A stretch of 64,000 nucleotides of DNA from Gracilinanus agilis (taxonomy: Eukaryota): NCBI RefSeq assembly GCF_016433145.1, contig NC_058131.1:169678233-169742232 (forward strand), given 5' to 3'. Of the stretch, positions 11,438-25,709 are shown piece by piece. Each line of letters opens with the position of its first letter. Position 1 is the stretch's first letter. The position numbers and the translations under genes were made by a program. The notes beneath the pieces are model-generated. The model saw only the letters and a program-made list of their open reading frames with translations, searched no databases and was not told the DNA's origin.

Positions 11438-14400
11438 GGGCATTTGTATTTATTCCATGTCTCACTGCCCTATATATTGATATCTTTTTGTTTTAAAAAG
11501 AAGGGCCTTAGCTTTCAGGGTAATCTTGCAGTTTCCCAAAAGAATTCCTGCTAACTTTCCACTTCTCTTGGCCCAAATCATTGACCATCTATCTCAAGTA
11601 AGATATAAGTTCACAGATTTAGAGCTAATCAAATTCAACCCCTCATTTTACAGATGAAGAAACTGAGGTCTAAAGAAGTTAAGTAAATTTCCCAGGACCT
11701 CCAGCTATAAAAAGTATCTAGGATTGGATTTGAACCAAAATTTTCCTGATTCCCAAGCACAGTGCTCTATCTCACCACAGTGCCTTTCATATAGCATCAT
11801 AGATATGCATAATGTTAAGTTGCTCACCTAGTTACATGTTGAAAATATGGGCAAAAGACATTCTTCTTCCCAATTATCTCTCCTGTAGGGATAGATGGAT
11901 AGACTACTTTGAATGACTATAGGTGGCTCTTCAGTGTTCTTTGGGCTTGATGTAGTCAGCACATTGTAAATGACAAAGAGGAGTATCAGAAATGCCTCAG
12001 TATCCATAGGGAATTCCTCTTTGGCTGGGCTGTTTCTTGAATCTTCCCTATAATTAGGGTGAACATTTTGACAAAGATACATCTGCTTTTTGTGCCTTGC
12101 CTGGTCTTTATTGCCAGGGGATTGTTGAATAAAATTATTTCTATTGTTATATCTTCCACTGAATCTTGAATGAATTTGATATGTATATGGGAGGCACCTT
12201 GTTATAAAATATATCTATAATATGTATATATAGTATACATATAAAAAATAATATAAAATTATGAAAGCAAATGCCTTTTTCTAATCAATAAAGAATACAG
12301 TTGGATATTATATTTTTTTCTTATTTGGTTAGTTGTGTTGCTTCATAAAAATGCTACTGATTGATGTATAGATAACTCATAAAGATTTTTATATCAATAT
12401 GATAGTGGAGATATAAAGAAGTAGTTATTGATGTCATTCTCCTGTTACCTTAATTGAAATTAATAAAATCTGGATTTGTTTTTTGGTTTTGGTTTTCCCC
12501 ATGACTTTCATAACTTCTTCTGATGTCTTGTATTTGGACCCTCACAGCTGTGTTGTCTCCAGCATGGATTACCTCTTTTTATAGTTGATGCAATCCACCA
12601 TGTTTTTCCCATCTTTGTTCTCTTTGGTACAATTTTTACGTCTTCTTTAAGAGCATACTGTACTGTGATGTTAGGGTCTAAGTGTAGTGATTCCCTTGGT
12701 CTCCATGGAAGAAATAGTTTGTTATAATTATTTTTTGCAGATGTTTTTATTTATTTATTTTTATTTCACCTCCTTGTATATTTTCTTATGTTTATAGATC
12801 TCTTCCATTTTCATCTTGAAATGACCTTGGAACTAAGACAAGTTGGAGATCTTGCTAAGCTTCCTTTAAACTGATTTCACCCTCCACTGCTTCTCTCATT
12901 TAGAAACAATACTGTTCATAACCATCCATCACCCTTCTTTAGATTTTTTACAAATAAGTTTTCATTCTAGCCATGTTTTACCTTTGATAGCCATTTCTCT
13001 CTTTGACAAATAAATCAGATGTTTTCTGACTAAGGTTGTTTTGAGGAGAATCTTTTGGCCTCCTTGTTGTGGCAGTTAATTTACAGTAGTTAAAATTTGG
13101 TATAAAGTTATTATAATTAATTTCAATGGCATTTCAGTTGTCCATTTTCCATTTTTAGTAGTTTGGGATTTAGTTCTAATTGTACATCATGTCTTTTTCT
13201 CATTATTCATTTTAATTTTTTTCTCATTGTAATCTTAGCTTTCACAAGTTAATGATCTCACTCTATACAAAGAATTGATTAACAAATAACTCCTTTATCA
13301 ATAAAAGTATTTTCCTGTATATAAAAATAAAATCTATTTTTTTCTATATATTATGTGCTTGCCACATCCAGTACAACAGTTTTCTTGAAGAAAACGTTCA
13401 TGTTCTAGTAGAAATAGGCTTCTACAGATCCACAAAGATCTACAGATCTCTGACTTCTCTCATTTTATATTCCTCAAACATATTTTTCCATATATTAGGT
13501 AGCTAGATGACACAGTGGCTAGAAAACTGGGCCTGGAGTCAGGAAGGCCAGAGTTCAAATGCAAGCTAAGACACCTACTGGCTATGAGGTCCTTAGCAAC
13601 TCACTTAAACTTGTTTTCCTCTGTTTCCTCAACTCTAAAACAGAGATAATAACTGTACTTACCTCCCAGGGTTGTTGTAAGAATCAAATCAGATAGTAAT
13701 TGAAAAGTGCTTAGATTAATCTAACTTGAAAGGTTAGATTAAAAAGGTATCTTTAAGCAGCCAGAGAGGAGAAAAAACAGGGTCAGGATAACTTGGAGGA
13801 GGGAAAGTCTTCAAGAGAAAAGGGGTAGTCAGCAGTGTCCGCTATTGCAGAGAATTCAAGAAGGATAAGGAGTAAGACTTTTAGATTGTTAACCTTACTT
13901 AATGCACTATTTATTTTCCTTGGAAACACTAGTAAATCATTTGCACTCTCTCTTCAAATCAACTCTGTTAATTTGTGTACACGTTGAACCCTTCCAATAG
14001 ACTTCAAGTTGCTGGAGAGGAGAAACTTTTGGTTCTGTCTTTGTATTCATAGCATCTATCACATTACCATCTATATATTAGGTACTTTTATGAATATTTC
14101 TTGAATTTGATTCCTAGAACTGATAGAAAATTGACGGTTCAACAGACATAAATTCATGTACTTAAAGACAAAAGGCCTTGAATCAGATGATCCCTTGAAA
14201 TCCTTTCAGCTCCATTTTTCCATGATTTCATATATCTTTGTGTAAAATATGGATATTGTAAATACATTGTTTTAAAATGGAAAATTCATAAAAACTCCTT
14301 AGTCCATTAATTTTTCTATAACTATTTACTGTTAATCATATTTGCCATTACATTAAATAAACAACAGTTACCTATATAGTTTCTTCTACTTTCTGTGTAT

Positions 14401-14606
14401 TACTGAAGAAGTTAATACATAATTTTTTGAGCAACTTTGAAAACATTCATTTTTCAAATTCATTGAAGCTAATTCATTGAAAACAATAAAAAATATGGGA
14501 CATATAGGATAGACCTGCCAGAAATTGAGGATTGAGTTAGCATCTTGCTTCCCAGTATAGTAAATTAATATTTTAAAAGTTTGATAAGTTATTTTTGGTT
14601 TCATAG

Positions 14607-14722
14607 TTTGGTGGCCAAGCCTACAATGATGTGGAACATACTTCAGTGCAATGCTACGCCCTGAATGGAATTGAATGTGCCGGCTCTAGAAGCTTCTTAC
14701 GAGAGAATAAACCATGTATAAA
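14607..14722 (+). CDS. TM2D2: TM2D2 exon 3
   Basis: TAG|[40 protein letters not shown]|GTGAG; 116 nt. Confidence 0.97.
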
Positions 14723-15770
14723 GTGAGTGTTACCTTGAAAGGTGATTAGTTTGAGTTCTCTTTGTTTTTAGTTTGTCATTGCTTAACATGACTTCTATTA
14801 AAAAGTTTTGATGGTTAAATGTAGCTATTTTTGGTACACAACTCAACCTGGAACAATATAGTGGAGTGAGAAAAGATCTCTAGGGATTGGAGAGTCCCAG
14901 CTCTGTCACTATGTAAGTAAAGAGAGCATGAAATTTGAAGTTAGAGGCTTAGGTGTTTCTTCTTGCTCCCTGGGACCTTGAGGGATGTCACTGCTTCAGT
15001 TTACAAATGAGGAGGCTGAACTAGATGATTTCTGAAGACTCTTTTTCCTCGAAATCTATGAACTGGGCAGCTAGGATTAGCCATTCTTCCTCTCTGAGCC
15101 TGACTTTCCTCTGATGTAAAATAAGGGGTGTATACTAGGTGACTTCTAAGACCCTGTCAAACTATAGAAGTTTATAGTCATAAATCCTATTCATATAGAC
15201 CCTATAGTATAGAGGGAACCTTATAAAGAAGCAAGGTCCTCTCCACTGAAGCTCATTTTATTTTATAATTTAACAGAAAAACATGGTCTTGAGGTCTCAG
15301 TATAAACTCATTCTGCAGGCTAACGAAGATAATAAATAAATTTATTTAATCTGTGAGCAGTCATAATAAAACTAGGCAGCTAGTGGCATCACATCATATT
15401 ATAGAAAGAAGATCCTATAAATGAACATGTTCTAGCAGTTATTATCAGAATAACCTGAAAAAACTATAATTCAGAGGCCATAGAGGAATTAGACTAATGT
15501 ATGACCAAAAAGAGCCCTGAATTATAGAAAGCCCCACATCCATAATTACCTATGCATTTCAATTTGACAGAAGCCAAGTAACCATTTAAATTAATATTTC
15601 ATAATACCATAATGGGTAGTGCATCTTAGAACTTAGAGATAATTTTTCTGGCCTCCACCAGAGGGAACCACAGTTAATTATTATTATATTATAATACTAC
15701 CTTTCTATTATTTAATTTAGGCTGTAAGCATTTTAACTTTCATCTAGTAAAGAACCTTTCTTTTTTCTAG

Positions 15771-15984
15771 GTATACTGGACACTACTTCATAACCACTTT
15801 GCTCTACTCTTTCTTCCTGGGATGTTTTGGAGTTGATCGCTTCTGTCTGGGACATACGGGTACAGCAGTAGGGAAATTGCTGACCCTTGGAGGACTTGGG
15901 ATCTGGTGGTTTGTGGATCTTATTTTGCTTATTACTGGAAGGCTGATGCCTAGTGATGGCAGCAACTGGTGTACTGTTTACTGA
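15771..15984 (+). CDS. TM2D2: TM2D2 exon 4 (TM2 domain, stop)
   Basis: TAG|[71 protein letters not shown]; total CDS 651 nt = 216 aa. Confidence 0.98.
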
Positions 15985-16645
15985 AGAGAACTAGACTTAT
16001 TGAGAGTTGGTATGGCCTTGGAAAGTGAATGACCTTTCTCTCTTGGCCTTGTCTCTACAAATAGCAATTTCTTCCACCATCTCAGACTAAATTGTTATTT
16101 TACCCTTTTTAGAAGAGAATCTGCTGGGGCAGTGTTTGGACTCTAGATATAAACAATATTCTGAAAAATCAACTTTTTATCAGCAGAAAAGAAGGTATAA
16201 GTATGCTTGTTCAGACATATGCAGCAAGAGGATTTCTATACCTTTTTGCATGCCTTCCCTCAACAGTACTATGCCTTCAGTCTTTTGGAACATATATTGA
16301 AACATCATGAAAGAAGTGAGCATTTTTAGGATGTGCCTGGCCTATCATGCTCCTGCCCTAGAAGTACCTAAGATGAAACCAACCATTGAAAATCTGACTT
16401 CAGCAAAAGGTGGAAACCAAAGTAACTTTTAATGAATACTGAAACTTTAACTTAATTCTGATGTTCCATAAAACATTTGGCCAAACAGAGAAACTGTACA
16501 GGTATATTGTCATTTGAACAAGGAAAATGAAGCCTCTAGTTATGTTGTAAGAACCAAGCTTTCAAAATGCTGAACAGCTGTTCAGAGCCCTCAGAGTGTC
16601 AGCATTGGGCCTCAGGGGTATCACCTACTGTGTACAGATGTTTTC

Positions 16646-16651
16646 ATTAAA
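16646..16651 (+). terminator. Candidate TM2D2 polyadenylation signal (ATTAAA)
   Basis: ATTAAA followed by U-rich sequence ~660 nt after the stop; a second ATTAAA at 16795-16800. Confidence 0.4.
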
Positions 16652-17134
16652 ATTTTGTTTTTAAAGAGATGTCTGAGTGATGTATCTGAGATCAGACATT
16701 TCTCTTGGCAGAGATTTTCTCCCCTAAAATTCTGGACCTAATAATGAATAGAAGAGTCACTGCTCATATAAGGGCTTTCACATAAATAACTGAAATTAAA
16801 ATTTATGGATGGGAAAGTTACAGGTTGAAAGTCTTCATTTGCTAGAAATGAAAAACGGGTTGCTGTCCTAAGAATTTTCATTCATCCAACAAGCATTTAT
16901 TAAGCACCTAAACTGTTCAGGCAATATGTTTGGCCTACAAACAAAACAAACACAGATATAAAAACAAACCAATTCTTACCCTCAAGAGGCTTACATCGCA
17001 TTTTGAATATTGAGGAGAAAGAGGAGACCCAGTTCAGAATTGTGGAATTTTAAAACCAGAAAGAACCTTGGAAGTCATAGTATGATGACACAGTAGAAAA
17101 AGTGGTGAATTGGATATAAGGAAAAGGAAGCCAA

Positions 17135-17361
17135 TTTGAACCTCTTTGGACAAGCCAACTTAAATTTTCAGTGTGAGCATTTAAACTTTTGAGATTGGCA
17201 AAAACTACAAATCAGGGCTTGATTCATTGTTTTGTTGATTATCTAAAATTAAGAAAACCATGGAGAAAGTATAAATAATGGCAAACAAACTTAAAAGTGT
17301 GTCATGCATACATTTCCCCTCCCTTGAGCTCCTTGTTAAACATTTACCAAGCATACCCCTG
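17135..17361 (+). mobile_element. MER63-like hAT-Blackjack element
   Basis: ctacaaatcagggcttgattcattgttttgttgatt...gttaaacatttaccaagcatacccctg matches the MER63 consensus as recalled. Confidence 0.7.
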
Positions 17362-18628
17362 GAGGAGACATATGTTCCAACCCCAACTGTGTGACTTTGG
17401 GCACCACAAATCAGATTTCCTCATCTGAGAAATGAGGGATTTGAATTCAGTCTCGAAGATCTTTTCCCACTCCACAATCCTATGTTCTTCTAGTTTAATG
17501 TTTTGGTTTGAGTTTTTTACTCCTACCCCCTTTCATAGATAATCCTATCAATGTAAACAATAGTCCCTAAAAGTATTCCTCTAGACTAAAGCCACCAGTT
17601 TTCTTATTCCCAAAAAACTGGAGGCAATCCTTTCCTCTTAATAATGTTGTCATTGTGTTTTGAATTACAATTGAATTTAAAGGTTAAAACTTTTTACCTT
17701 TCCTATGTTTAATAGTAATAATTTCTAGCATTTACATAGCATTTTAAGGTTTACAAAACCCTCTACGTCGATCATATTTTAACTTTACAACCACCTAGAA
17801 ATTTAGGGAAAAAAGAACATAGGTTTGAATCTGGCTCTGCTGTTTCCTGTCTGTGCAACCTCAGGCAAGTCATTTCCTTCTGTAGATCTCTCAATTTCCT
17901 CATCTGTAAAATGAGGGCAACGAACTAGTGCAATGTTCTTTCCAAATCTAAATCTTCTGAGCCTATGAATTAAGCAACAAAATGTGATGGTGAGCACCAA
18001 AGGTAATGATGATGATTATATTAAAGGAGAGGCCCCTGTATCAGAGAAGCTTGCCTGATATAACTAAATTGCCACCAATATGCCCCATTCTTTTCTGGTT
18101 TTTTTGGATGCTCATGGATCAAACAAGTTTGCCTAAAAGTGGGTCCCTCTCCCACCAATTAGGGCCTTTACTATTTATACACAGCCATCCCACTTCAGGG
18201 ATTTCCAAGCTTTGGAAAAATGAAAAATGGCTTCTCACAAAAAGGTCAGGGATCTCTGGCTTAGACTTCTTTTAAGAACAAAATATAAAACTTCCCTGTC
18301 ACATTTGGTTTAATTTCTTTTTAAATTCCCTAAGTAATCTAGATTCAAAATGTGCTCCATTAACAGATAATGTGTCTTTTGGCATCTTCTAATACTGGTT
18401 GTGTGACAATGAGAATTCCCTAAAATTGACTGCCTCAAGAGATAATCATTTCCCCATCATTGGAGGTCTTCAAGCAGAGACTGGATAACCAATTGTTGAG
18501 GATGGGGGAGAGGACATTCTCAGGCACTTATGAGATGACTACCAAGGTCATTTCCAACCAAGAGATTTTGTAATTTCTTAATTTTTATGTGCCTGTTTCC
18601 TCATTGGTAAAATGGAAATAAAAGTACT

Positions 18629-18634
18629 TTTATT
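18629..18634 (-). terminator. Candidate HTRA4 polyadenylation signal (AATAAA)
   Basis: An AATAAA on the minus strand ~340 nt downstream of the stop codon. Confidence 0.4.
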
Positions 18635-18974
18635 CCCTTTAAATTGCAGAGAAGGTACAGACCTACATTGATAAAGTATTCTTCACCTGAAAGTTTCCTA
18701 TACTAATGAAACCACAGATCCAGTCCTTATCCCTATCTCTTATAACTTCACAGGGTGATTATGAGAGAAGTATTTTGTAAACCTTAAAGCCTGATAGGGA
18801 TATGAATTATTATTAGAAAATAAATGTATACCTAAATAGAACTCTAGATGGAATGATCAAAAGAAATCATTTTTAAGAAAAAAGACCCCCAGATCTTTGG
18901 ACCATCTTCAATATAAACCAAGTAGCTTAAGTCCAGTTTTGCTAGATAAATTTGTCTCTAAATGGGAGCTCTGT

Positions 18975-19140
18975 TTAATTAATTATTTCAGGGATGATCG
19001 TCAGGACCACATCCTCATTTCTTCGACGAACTACTAAGGAAATGGAGTCACTCTCTTTCACAGCTTCAATGACATCTGTGATGGAAGTGACAGGTTGTCC
19101 ATTTATGCTGGTAATCACATCATGGTTTCGCATCCCAGAG
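18975..19140 (-). CDS. HTRA4: HTRA4 exon 9 (end of PDZ domain, stop)
   Basis: CAG|C-SGMRNHDVITSINGQPVTSITDVIEAVKESDSISLVVRRRNEDVVLTIIPEIIN*; total CDS 1443 nt = 480 aa, no frameshift or stop. Confidence 0.96.
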
Positions 19141-21192
19141 CTGGGGGAAAAAATATGAAAGTAGAGAACTAGAGAAAAAGCTTTCGTTTTTACTAGACAA
19201 GAATCATATATCTAAATTTAGACTATAACCCTGTTTCTCAAATGAAACTTCTGCAAGGAAACTTGGAAGTAGTTCTGTTTTATTAATTTTGGAGTATGAA
19301 TTCTATTGGAAAAAATTAATCTCCAGTTCTAGGCACTCATTAACTTTCCAATATCCTATTTCTATAGGTAAGTACACACATGGCAAACTTTTCCTGGATT
19401 TTCTCTCACCCCTGAGTTTCCCCATCAAGCTGTTGTTAGGAAATAGAAATCTTACTGCTTCCCCCCCCACCCCCGAACAAAAATGAAAAGTATAGTCAGG
19501 ATAGAGGTGTTTTTTTCCCAAAATATATCATCTGTTTGACCTACAAGACAGTCCTCTGGTTCTTTTCTCTTTTCAAAAAAGAGTTCTAGTTCTTAGAACT
19601 AGGAAATGTAATAAGGTGAACTATAAGCCTATGTTTCAAATAACTCTAAAAGTGTAGGGTTCTGTCTCCAGCCTCCCTTCTGAAGTGAAACTTTGGTCTG
19701 CAAAATTATGGATTATAAATCTAATTCATTTGGGAAACCAGATCATCAATATGTAGAATCTGCTATTCTTAATATAGAAGAGGTTCAAATGTGCAACACC
19801 TCAGTAGAAAAATGTTAATAGAGTTGTAGCTGTACTAATGTTTGTGTCTGAGATGTCATTATCTCAGGCGATATATGCCAGCTTGTGATTTCTTGTGGGG
19901 ATTAGATACCCATGGATAAGAGACTAGAAGCCCCAGGAGTAGTGGAGAATGGAGTTATGAAGTATTTTTAGGAGATTTTTTAAAAATAATAGATTTAGAA
20001 AGGATGAAGAAATTTTAGAGATAAGAGGTTTAAGAATAAAAAAGCTCAAGCCTGAATGAACTTTTAGAAGTAAGTCAATTTAGGAGTGCTGATCATGGGG
20101 TTCTGTGTTTAGCAATGCAAGAGACATGGGATAATTTTTGGTTCAATATCTAAGTGAGATCATCCCTAGGAAGGACAGTTTTTAGTTGGACCAAGGTGAA
20201 GACCTAGGAACCAGACAGAAGGAGCCTTGCTTTTTAATAACTCAAGTAGTAAGCCTTAGATTGGAAATTAGAAGTAAAGGACAGCTGTAAACTATTATAA
20301 AAACCTATACTGAACCCAATTTTATATTACTTGTTAAGCCTAATTGAACAGTAAGATGGTGTACTTGTCAAGACTTCCATATTCTGTATGGAATTTAATA
20401 GTAGCAGGTGCATTTTAAGCAGTTTGTGAAAAGTCTTGTTGAAGAACAGATGCAATAAGGAAGGAAGGGCTCGAGAAGTCCATAGAATCATAACTACTGT
20501 ATTTATAAGAAAACAAGCATCTCACCATGAACAGTGGTAGCAAAGTTTCCAAAGCAAGAACAACACAATACAGGAAATCTCCTCTTTGGGGACCATGCTT
20601 GTTTTCTCAAATAAGCCAAAAGAGACTTCTGACTGCAACCTCTTAAGATTGTCACCAAAATTCTATAGAAATACCTTGCTTTTTAAAATATAGGATTATA
20701 GATTTAGAAGTGGAAGAGACCTAAGAAACCATTAAGTCCAACCCCCTCATTTTATAGATGAAGAAACTGAAGAAAAGATAAAGTGACTTGTCCAGGGTCA
20801 CACAGCTGGTAAATAAGGCAGATTTGTAACTTAGGTCTTCCTGATTCCTAAGTCCAGTATTCTATCAACTATACTATGCCACCTTAACATTAAAGGCCTT
20901 TAGTAAGAGCCTACACAAAATAGTGTCTGCAAAATGAGAAGCCTAAAAAGTGGAGTTGCTGCTTCTCTTCTCAAAACTTTGAGAAGGAGGTCTAGTAATT
21001 TAGCAAAACATTCTTGTACTTTTGTTTCTCCTAATTTATTTCACAAAAGCCTGTGCCTCAAAGAGGATATAATACAAGACAATACTAAGAAGACAAAAAT
21101 ACTAGTACTCAAATTGAGATCCTGCCCAAGTACCTAAATTTTTACCATATGACTTTCAAAAAAATAGAAGACAACCTCATTTTGTCTTTTAC

Positions 21193-21288
21193 CTTGCAGC
21201 AGGAGTTCCTTGAATCACTTCATATACGAAGACCCCAGAACTCACTTCAGGGAAATCTGGATCCTGATTCTTCATTTCCTGGAGAAGG
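21193..21288 (-). CDS. HTRA4: HTRA4 exon 8
   Basis: TAG|C-LLQEMKNQDPDFPEVSSGVFVYEVIQGTPAA-AG|GTAAA; 96 nt. Confidence 0.96.
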
Positions 21289-22298
21289 CTAAGAAACAAG
21301 GGCAGGTTTCCATAATTTTAAAATTTAAAATGATGAATGAATGCTGTGGAACCTATATGTGTTTCATTACAACTCATTTGGTCTCTAGGATGTGAAAAAG
21401 TACTTTACTCTGCTTAATGGTTGCTGAATTCCACCATGTTTGAAATCTCTCCAGGGCTAAGTCTTTTATGAGCTACATATATAAGTCAGCAAACATGTAT
21501 GACTGAAGATAAAGGTGGGTAATCATAGAACAAGCAATAATGGCTAAAATAAATGTGAGTCTCCATGAAACATTAAAAGAGCTGAGAGGAGATTCCCCTC
21601 TCGAAAAGTTATGAAAGGAAAGAAAACAGAAATGGGTTGTATGAATGGATGGCATACTCACACCCCTGAGATCACAGATCCATTAAAATAGCACTAGGTA
21701 TAACCATAACCTTAGGCCTATTCAGAGCCCTAGAAGTAGCAGTAGAACTCATGAAATGGCTACTGCAGGAACTCTGATAAAAAACTGATAAATACCAAGT
21801 CCAAAAGAATGAGGATATAGAATGCTACTCTTCTACAGAAAAATAACTACAAGATGAATTTGATAGGCAGAGGGAGGCATACATCTTTAGCTAGGGCTAA
21901 TCTAAACATTTCTTTTGCTAGGATATGTTGAGGAATTTGGGTTTGGGGAGGGGATTTTTTTTTTTTATTCATAGTTTGCTGGGTTGAAGGGCAAGAGTGG
22001 GAAGGAAGAACAGCAGTAGAAACAGACTAATTAAAAATGCTTGCTATTTGAAAAAAAATCAACAATTTTCATTCCCCTCCAAAATCCAAGGAAAGCTGAA
22101 AGAGATGGAAATTAGAAAAGATACCATTGAAAAGTAGGATGGGCACTATTTGTTGTCATATTTCCCAAGATAAGCCAAAATGTTAAAGGTTAGGAAATTA
22201 ACTAGAATCCAGTTCTTTTTGCCTTCCTCTCTAGGCTTTCCATCATAATCAGGCAGTTAGCTTACAATCTCGGCACATGCACAAATTTATATGCTTAC

Positions 22299-22356
22299 CT
22301 CATAGAAAGAGGCAACATCCGGAGGCCTAAATATTTCTTCTGAGAAAGAACCTTTC
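22299..22356 (-). CDS. HTRA4: HTRA4 exon 7 (start of PDZ domain)
   Basis: CAG|GA-KVLSQKKYLGLRMLPLSM-AG|GTAAG; 58 nt. Confidence 0.95.
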
Positions 22357-22698
22357 CTGGAAATAAAAAATCTAATGAGTTGATGATACCCAACAGAAGC
22401 CTTCCCTGGACAGATCATAAACTACAGATGTTTTCATGCGACAATCTGCTTTTCCCAAATGTCAGCTACCGAGGGGTTACTTCAGTCATTACTTCCTAAG
22501 GAATCATATTTCTGTAGAAGCGTCAAGAACTCCCATGCACAAAGTTTATGCTTAGGTTATTATTTAGTTTAGACATTCTGGCCACCATTAAAGGGGTGAA
22601 TCTTCAGTAACCCAGTTTTTGGTAGAATACACATAAGCTTTTGCAGAGAATGTTTAAAAACTGGGAGTAGAAATGTTAAAAATCCTCATCTTCCTTAC

Positions 22699-22813
22699 CT
22701 TTTAACTGTCGCTGATAAAATTCTGCCAAGAATTGTCTAATACGATCAGAAGGAATAGCAAAGGAAATTCCTGCTGTCACCTTTAGGGTGTTTATACCAA
22801 TAACTTCACCATC
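22699..22813 (-). CDS. HTRA4: HTRA4 exon 6
   Basis: TAG|[39 protein letters not shown]|GTAAG; 115 nt. Confidence 0.97.
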
Positions 22814-24619
22814 CTAGCAAGAGAGGAGATAGACCAGTCATTGAATTATGTGCAAATGAGCAATATCAAGCCAAAAGAGCAAGGAGCCAATTACCCAATG
22901 GTCAGAGGGCATCATGGAACTTTATATTCTTTAAACAGGTACAGTGGGGGAAAGATACATAAGGTAGCAGGGTAGCTACAGCTACATACAATCATGAAAA
23001 AATTATCAGGTGTACAAGAGCAATGAGTCAGTTGCCAAAAGAATGGAGAAATTCTGAATTTTGTATTTCATGTCAGTGAGCTATTCTTTTCCTCATGAAA
23101 TTCAATTGGTTTCAGAAGTGAAATAAAACTTCAGTTTTAGAAGGCAAGTGATGGGCTAGTGCCTAGGAAATCTTTAATATTGACTGGAAATAAAAGCAGA
23201 AGGGGAAAATGTCACAATTGTGACCATTTCTACGGTGCTCAGAGTTTTGCCAAATACTACCCTTATAAAACTTCTCTAAAGGAGAATGCAGATATCACTA
23301 TTCCCATCTTACAGGAAAGAAAACAGATTCAGAGAGATGATAGATCTTTATATCTTTGCATCTAGTTAATGATAAAGCCAAGGCTTCAATACAATTTTTT
23401 CTTAAAAACTCTAAATCCAATGCTCTTTCCATCATGTCATCCTGCCTTTCAATATCTGGTGAACTGACTATAAAGAGCAGGAATTCTTTAAAGACCTTTT
23501 GTGTGTTATGGACCTCTTTGACAGTCTGGTGAAACCTTTTTTCACAATAATGGGAGTTCTTCAATTTTAAAAATAAATTTCCACATGATTTTTACAAAGG
23601 TATGTGATCCAAATTGTCTCCCTCTCTTCTTCCCTCCTCCCCTCCCAGAACTAGAAAGTAAATCAACCTGGGTTATGCATGTATTATCACACAAAACATA
23701 TTTCCACATTATTCGTTTGTTTAAGTTAATCTTATAAATTATAACCAAAACCCTAAAACATATACCCAAATAAACAAGTGATAAATCATATGCTTCCATC
23801 TGCATTCTTACTCCAACAATTTTTTCTCTGGCGGTGGATAGTATTCTTTTTCATAAGTCAGAATTGTTCTGGATCACACAATAATCTTTTTAAATAATTG
23901 AAGGAATTGTTGCATTTCAGTTAGAGGGTAGTGAAAATGCAGAATTAATTTTTTTCATTGAAATTTATTGCCTCTCCTAAAATTTTTCATTAGACTCCAA
24001 GTTATGAACCCCTCGTTTAGAGAAACGATCATGGTTGGCCATGGGTGATATAAACAAACCAGGAGACAATTCCTGTCCATTTGCTTTGTTGGTTAATTTG
24101 AGTATTTTGTTTACTGTTTAGTCTTCAGCATTTAAAGAGGGACTTCCCCCATTCCCTCTCCTCCAAGGAAAAAAAATAAGATCTGAGGCCCAGAGTACCT
24201 CTATATATCAACTATGTGCAATGGATCAGTTAAATTATTTATTTCATTGCTTTATTTGTCTTTCATATGTTAGAAATCAGATACTCAAAATTTCACCTAG
24301 AGATCTTATAAAAAGTTTAAAAGAAAGAATGAGGAGGCACAGCAGTGAATTGTTCCTCTAGTTAAGACTAAAACTTTCTCTATGCTACAACACACAATGA
24401 AGACATTGCAGTAGAGGCAAGTTTAACACAATATGCTAAAGCTATGTTCTTAAAGTTATCAATGATCCAAAACTATTCAGCTCCTTAAGAGCAAAGATGG
24501 GTTTTGTCTTTCTTTATATCCCCAGAGTGTAGCCCAGTATTTTGTCTATAGTAAATACTTATTGATGGTAACATCAATATTGGATGATGATTAACTGTAA
24601 ATGATTTCGCTATTCTCAG

Positions 24620-24940
24620 CAATACAATGATCAAAGAAAATTCTGAAGGACTTCTGAAAAAAATGCTATTCACCTCCAAAGAAAGAACTGATGGAGTATG
24701 AATGCAGATCAAAGCATATTATTTTTTAACTTTTTCTTGGGGGTGGATTTGGAAAGTCTACTTGGGAAGCAACGTGGCTAATATGGAAATGTTTTTCATG
24801 ACTGCATATCTATATCAAATTACTTGCTTTTTCAAGGAGGGGGATGGAAGGGAGAAAGGGAATGAATTTAGAACTCAAAAGTTTAAAAAAGGGATGTTAA
24901 AATTTATTTTTACATGTAATTAGAAAAAAATAAAATTTAG
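24620..24940 (+). mobile_element. L1 3'UTR fragment
   Basis: gctattcacctccaaagaaagaactgatggagtatgaatgcagatcaaagc...A-rich tail. Confidence 0.65.
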
Positions 24941-25292
24941 AAATTTAATAAAATAATGAATGGGTCAAAATGCTTGTTGACTAACTATAAGTGTAAGTTG
25001 CATATAAGCATTTTAATTTTTGTTCAGTAAAAAAAAAAAAAAAGCAAACATTGACCATTTCTCTATTTTTACCAACATTCTGAATGGAAAGAATAAAGAA
25101 AAGAAAGAGAAAAGGAAAAGGAGAGGAAAATTTAAAATCTGAAGAGAAACTGAAGGCTGGCAGCTCTTTCTAATGAGGTCATAGGTATCAGATTTTTTTT
25201 TTTTATAGTTTCTTACAGCTCAAAGAAAGGAACAAACATCTCTTCACAGATCTAAACATTGATGCCCATGTTCATACATATATAACTTAGAT

Positions 25293-25509
25293 CTGTGTTG
25301 GTGAAGCTATGGCACGTGTGCTGGAGGGGGCTGCTCCCTTCCCTTTCTCCACATGTGCCTGAGGACATTTCTCACATCACCAGCCCTTCTACCCAGTAGC
25401 CCTATGGGAGTGCTTCCTCCCTCCCCTGTCTGGGATAAGGCAGGGGGCTCAAATACAGTGTGAGGGTTGAAGCTCAGGCACTCACTCTCTAAAAGGTTCA
25501 CCATCATTG
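25293..25509. mobile_element. hAT MITE (second family) in HTRA4 intron 5
   Basis: TIR-like CTGTGTTGGTGAAGCT / AGGTTCACCATCATTG; 8-bp TSD ACTTAGAT / ACCTAGAT (7/8 match). Confidence 0.75.
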
Positions 25510-25709
25510 ACCTAGATCAAACTGTTTACCATCTTTCGGAGTGGGGTGGGGAGGGAGGGTGAGAAATAATTTGAATCTTATAATTTTAGAAAACTTGTTG
25601 AAAATGATTATTACATATAATTTAGTAAATAATTTTAATTGATGTCCAAACTCCAATATCATGGAATTTAAAAGTTATTGTGGGCAAGAGAGAAAAATAG
25701 ACTACTTAC

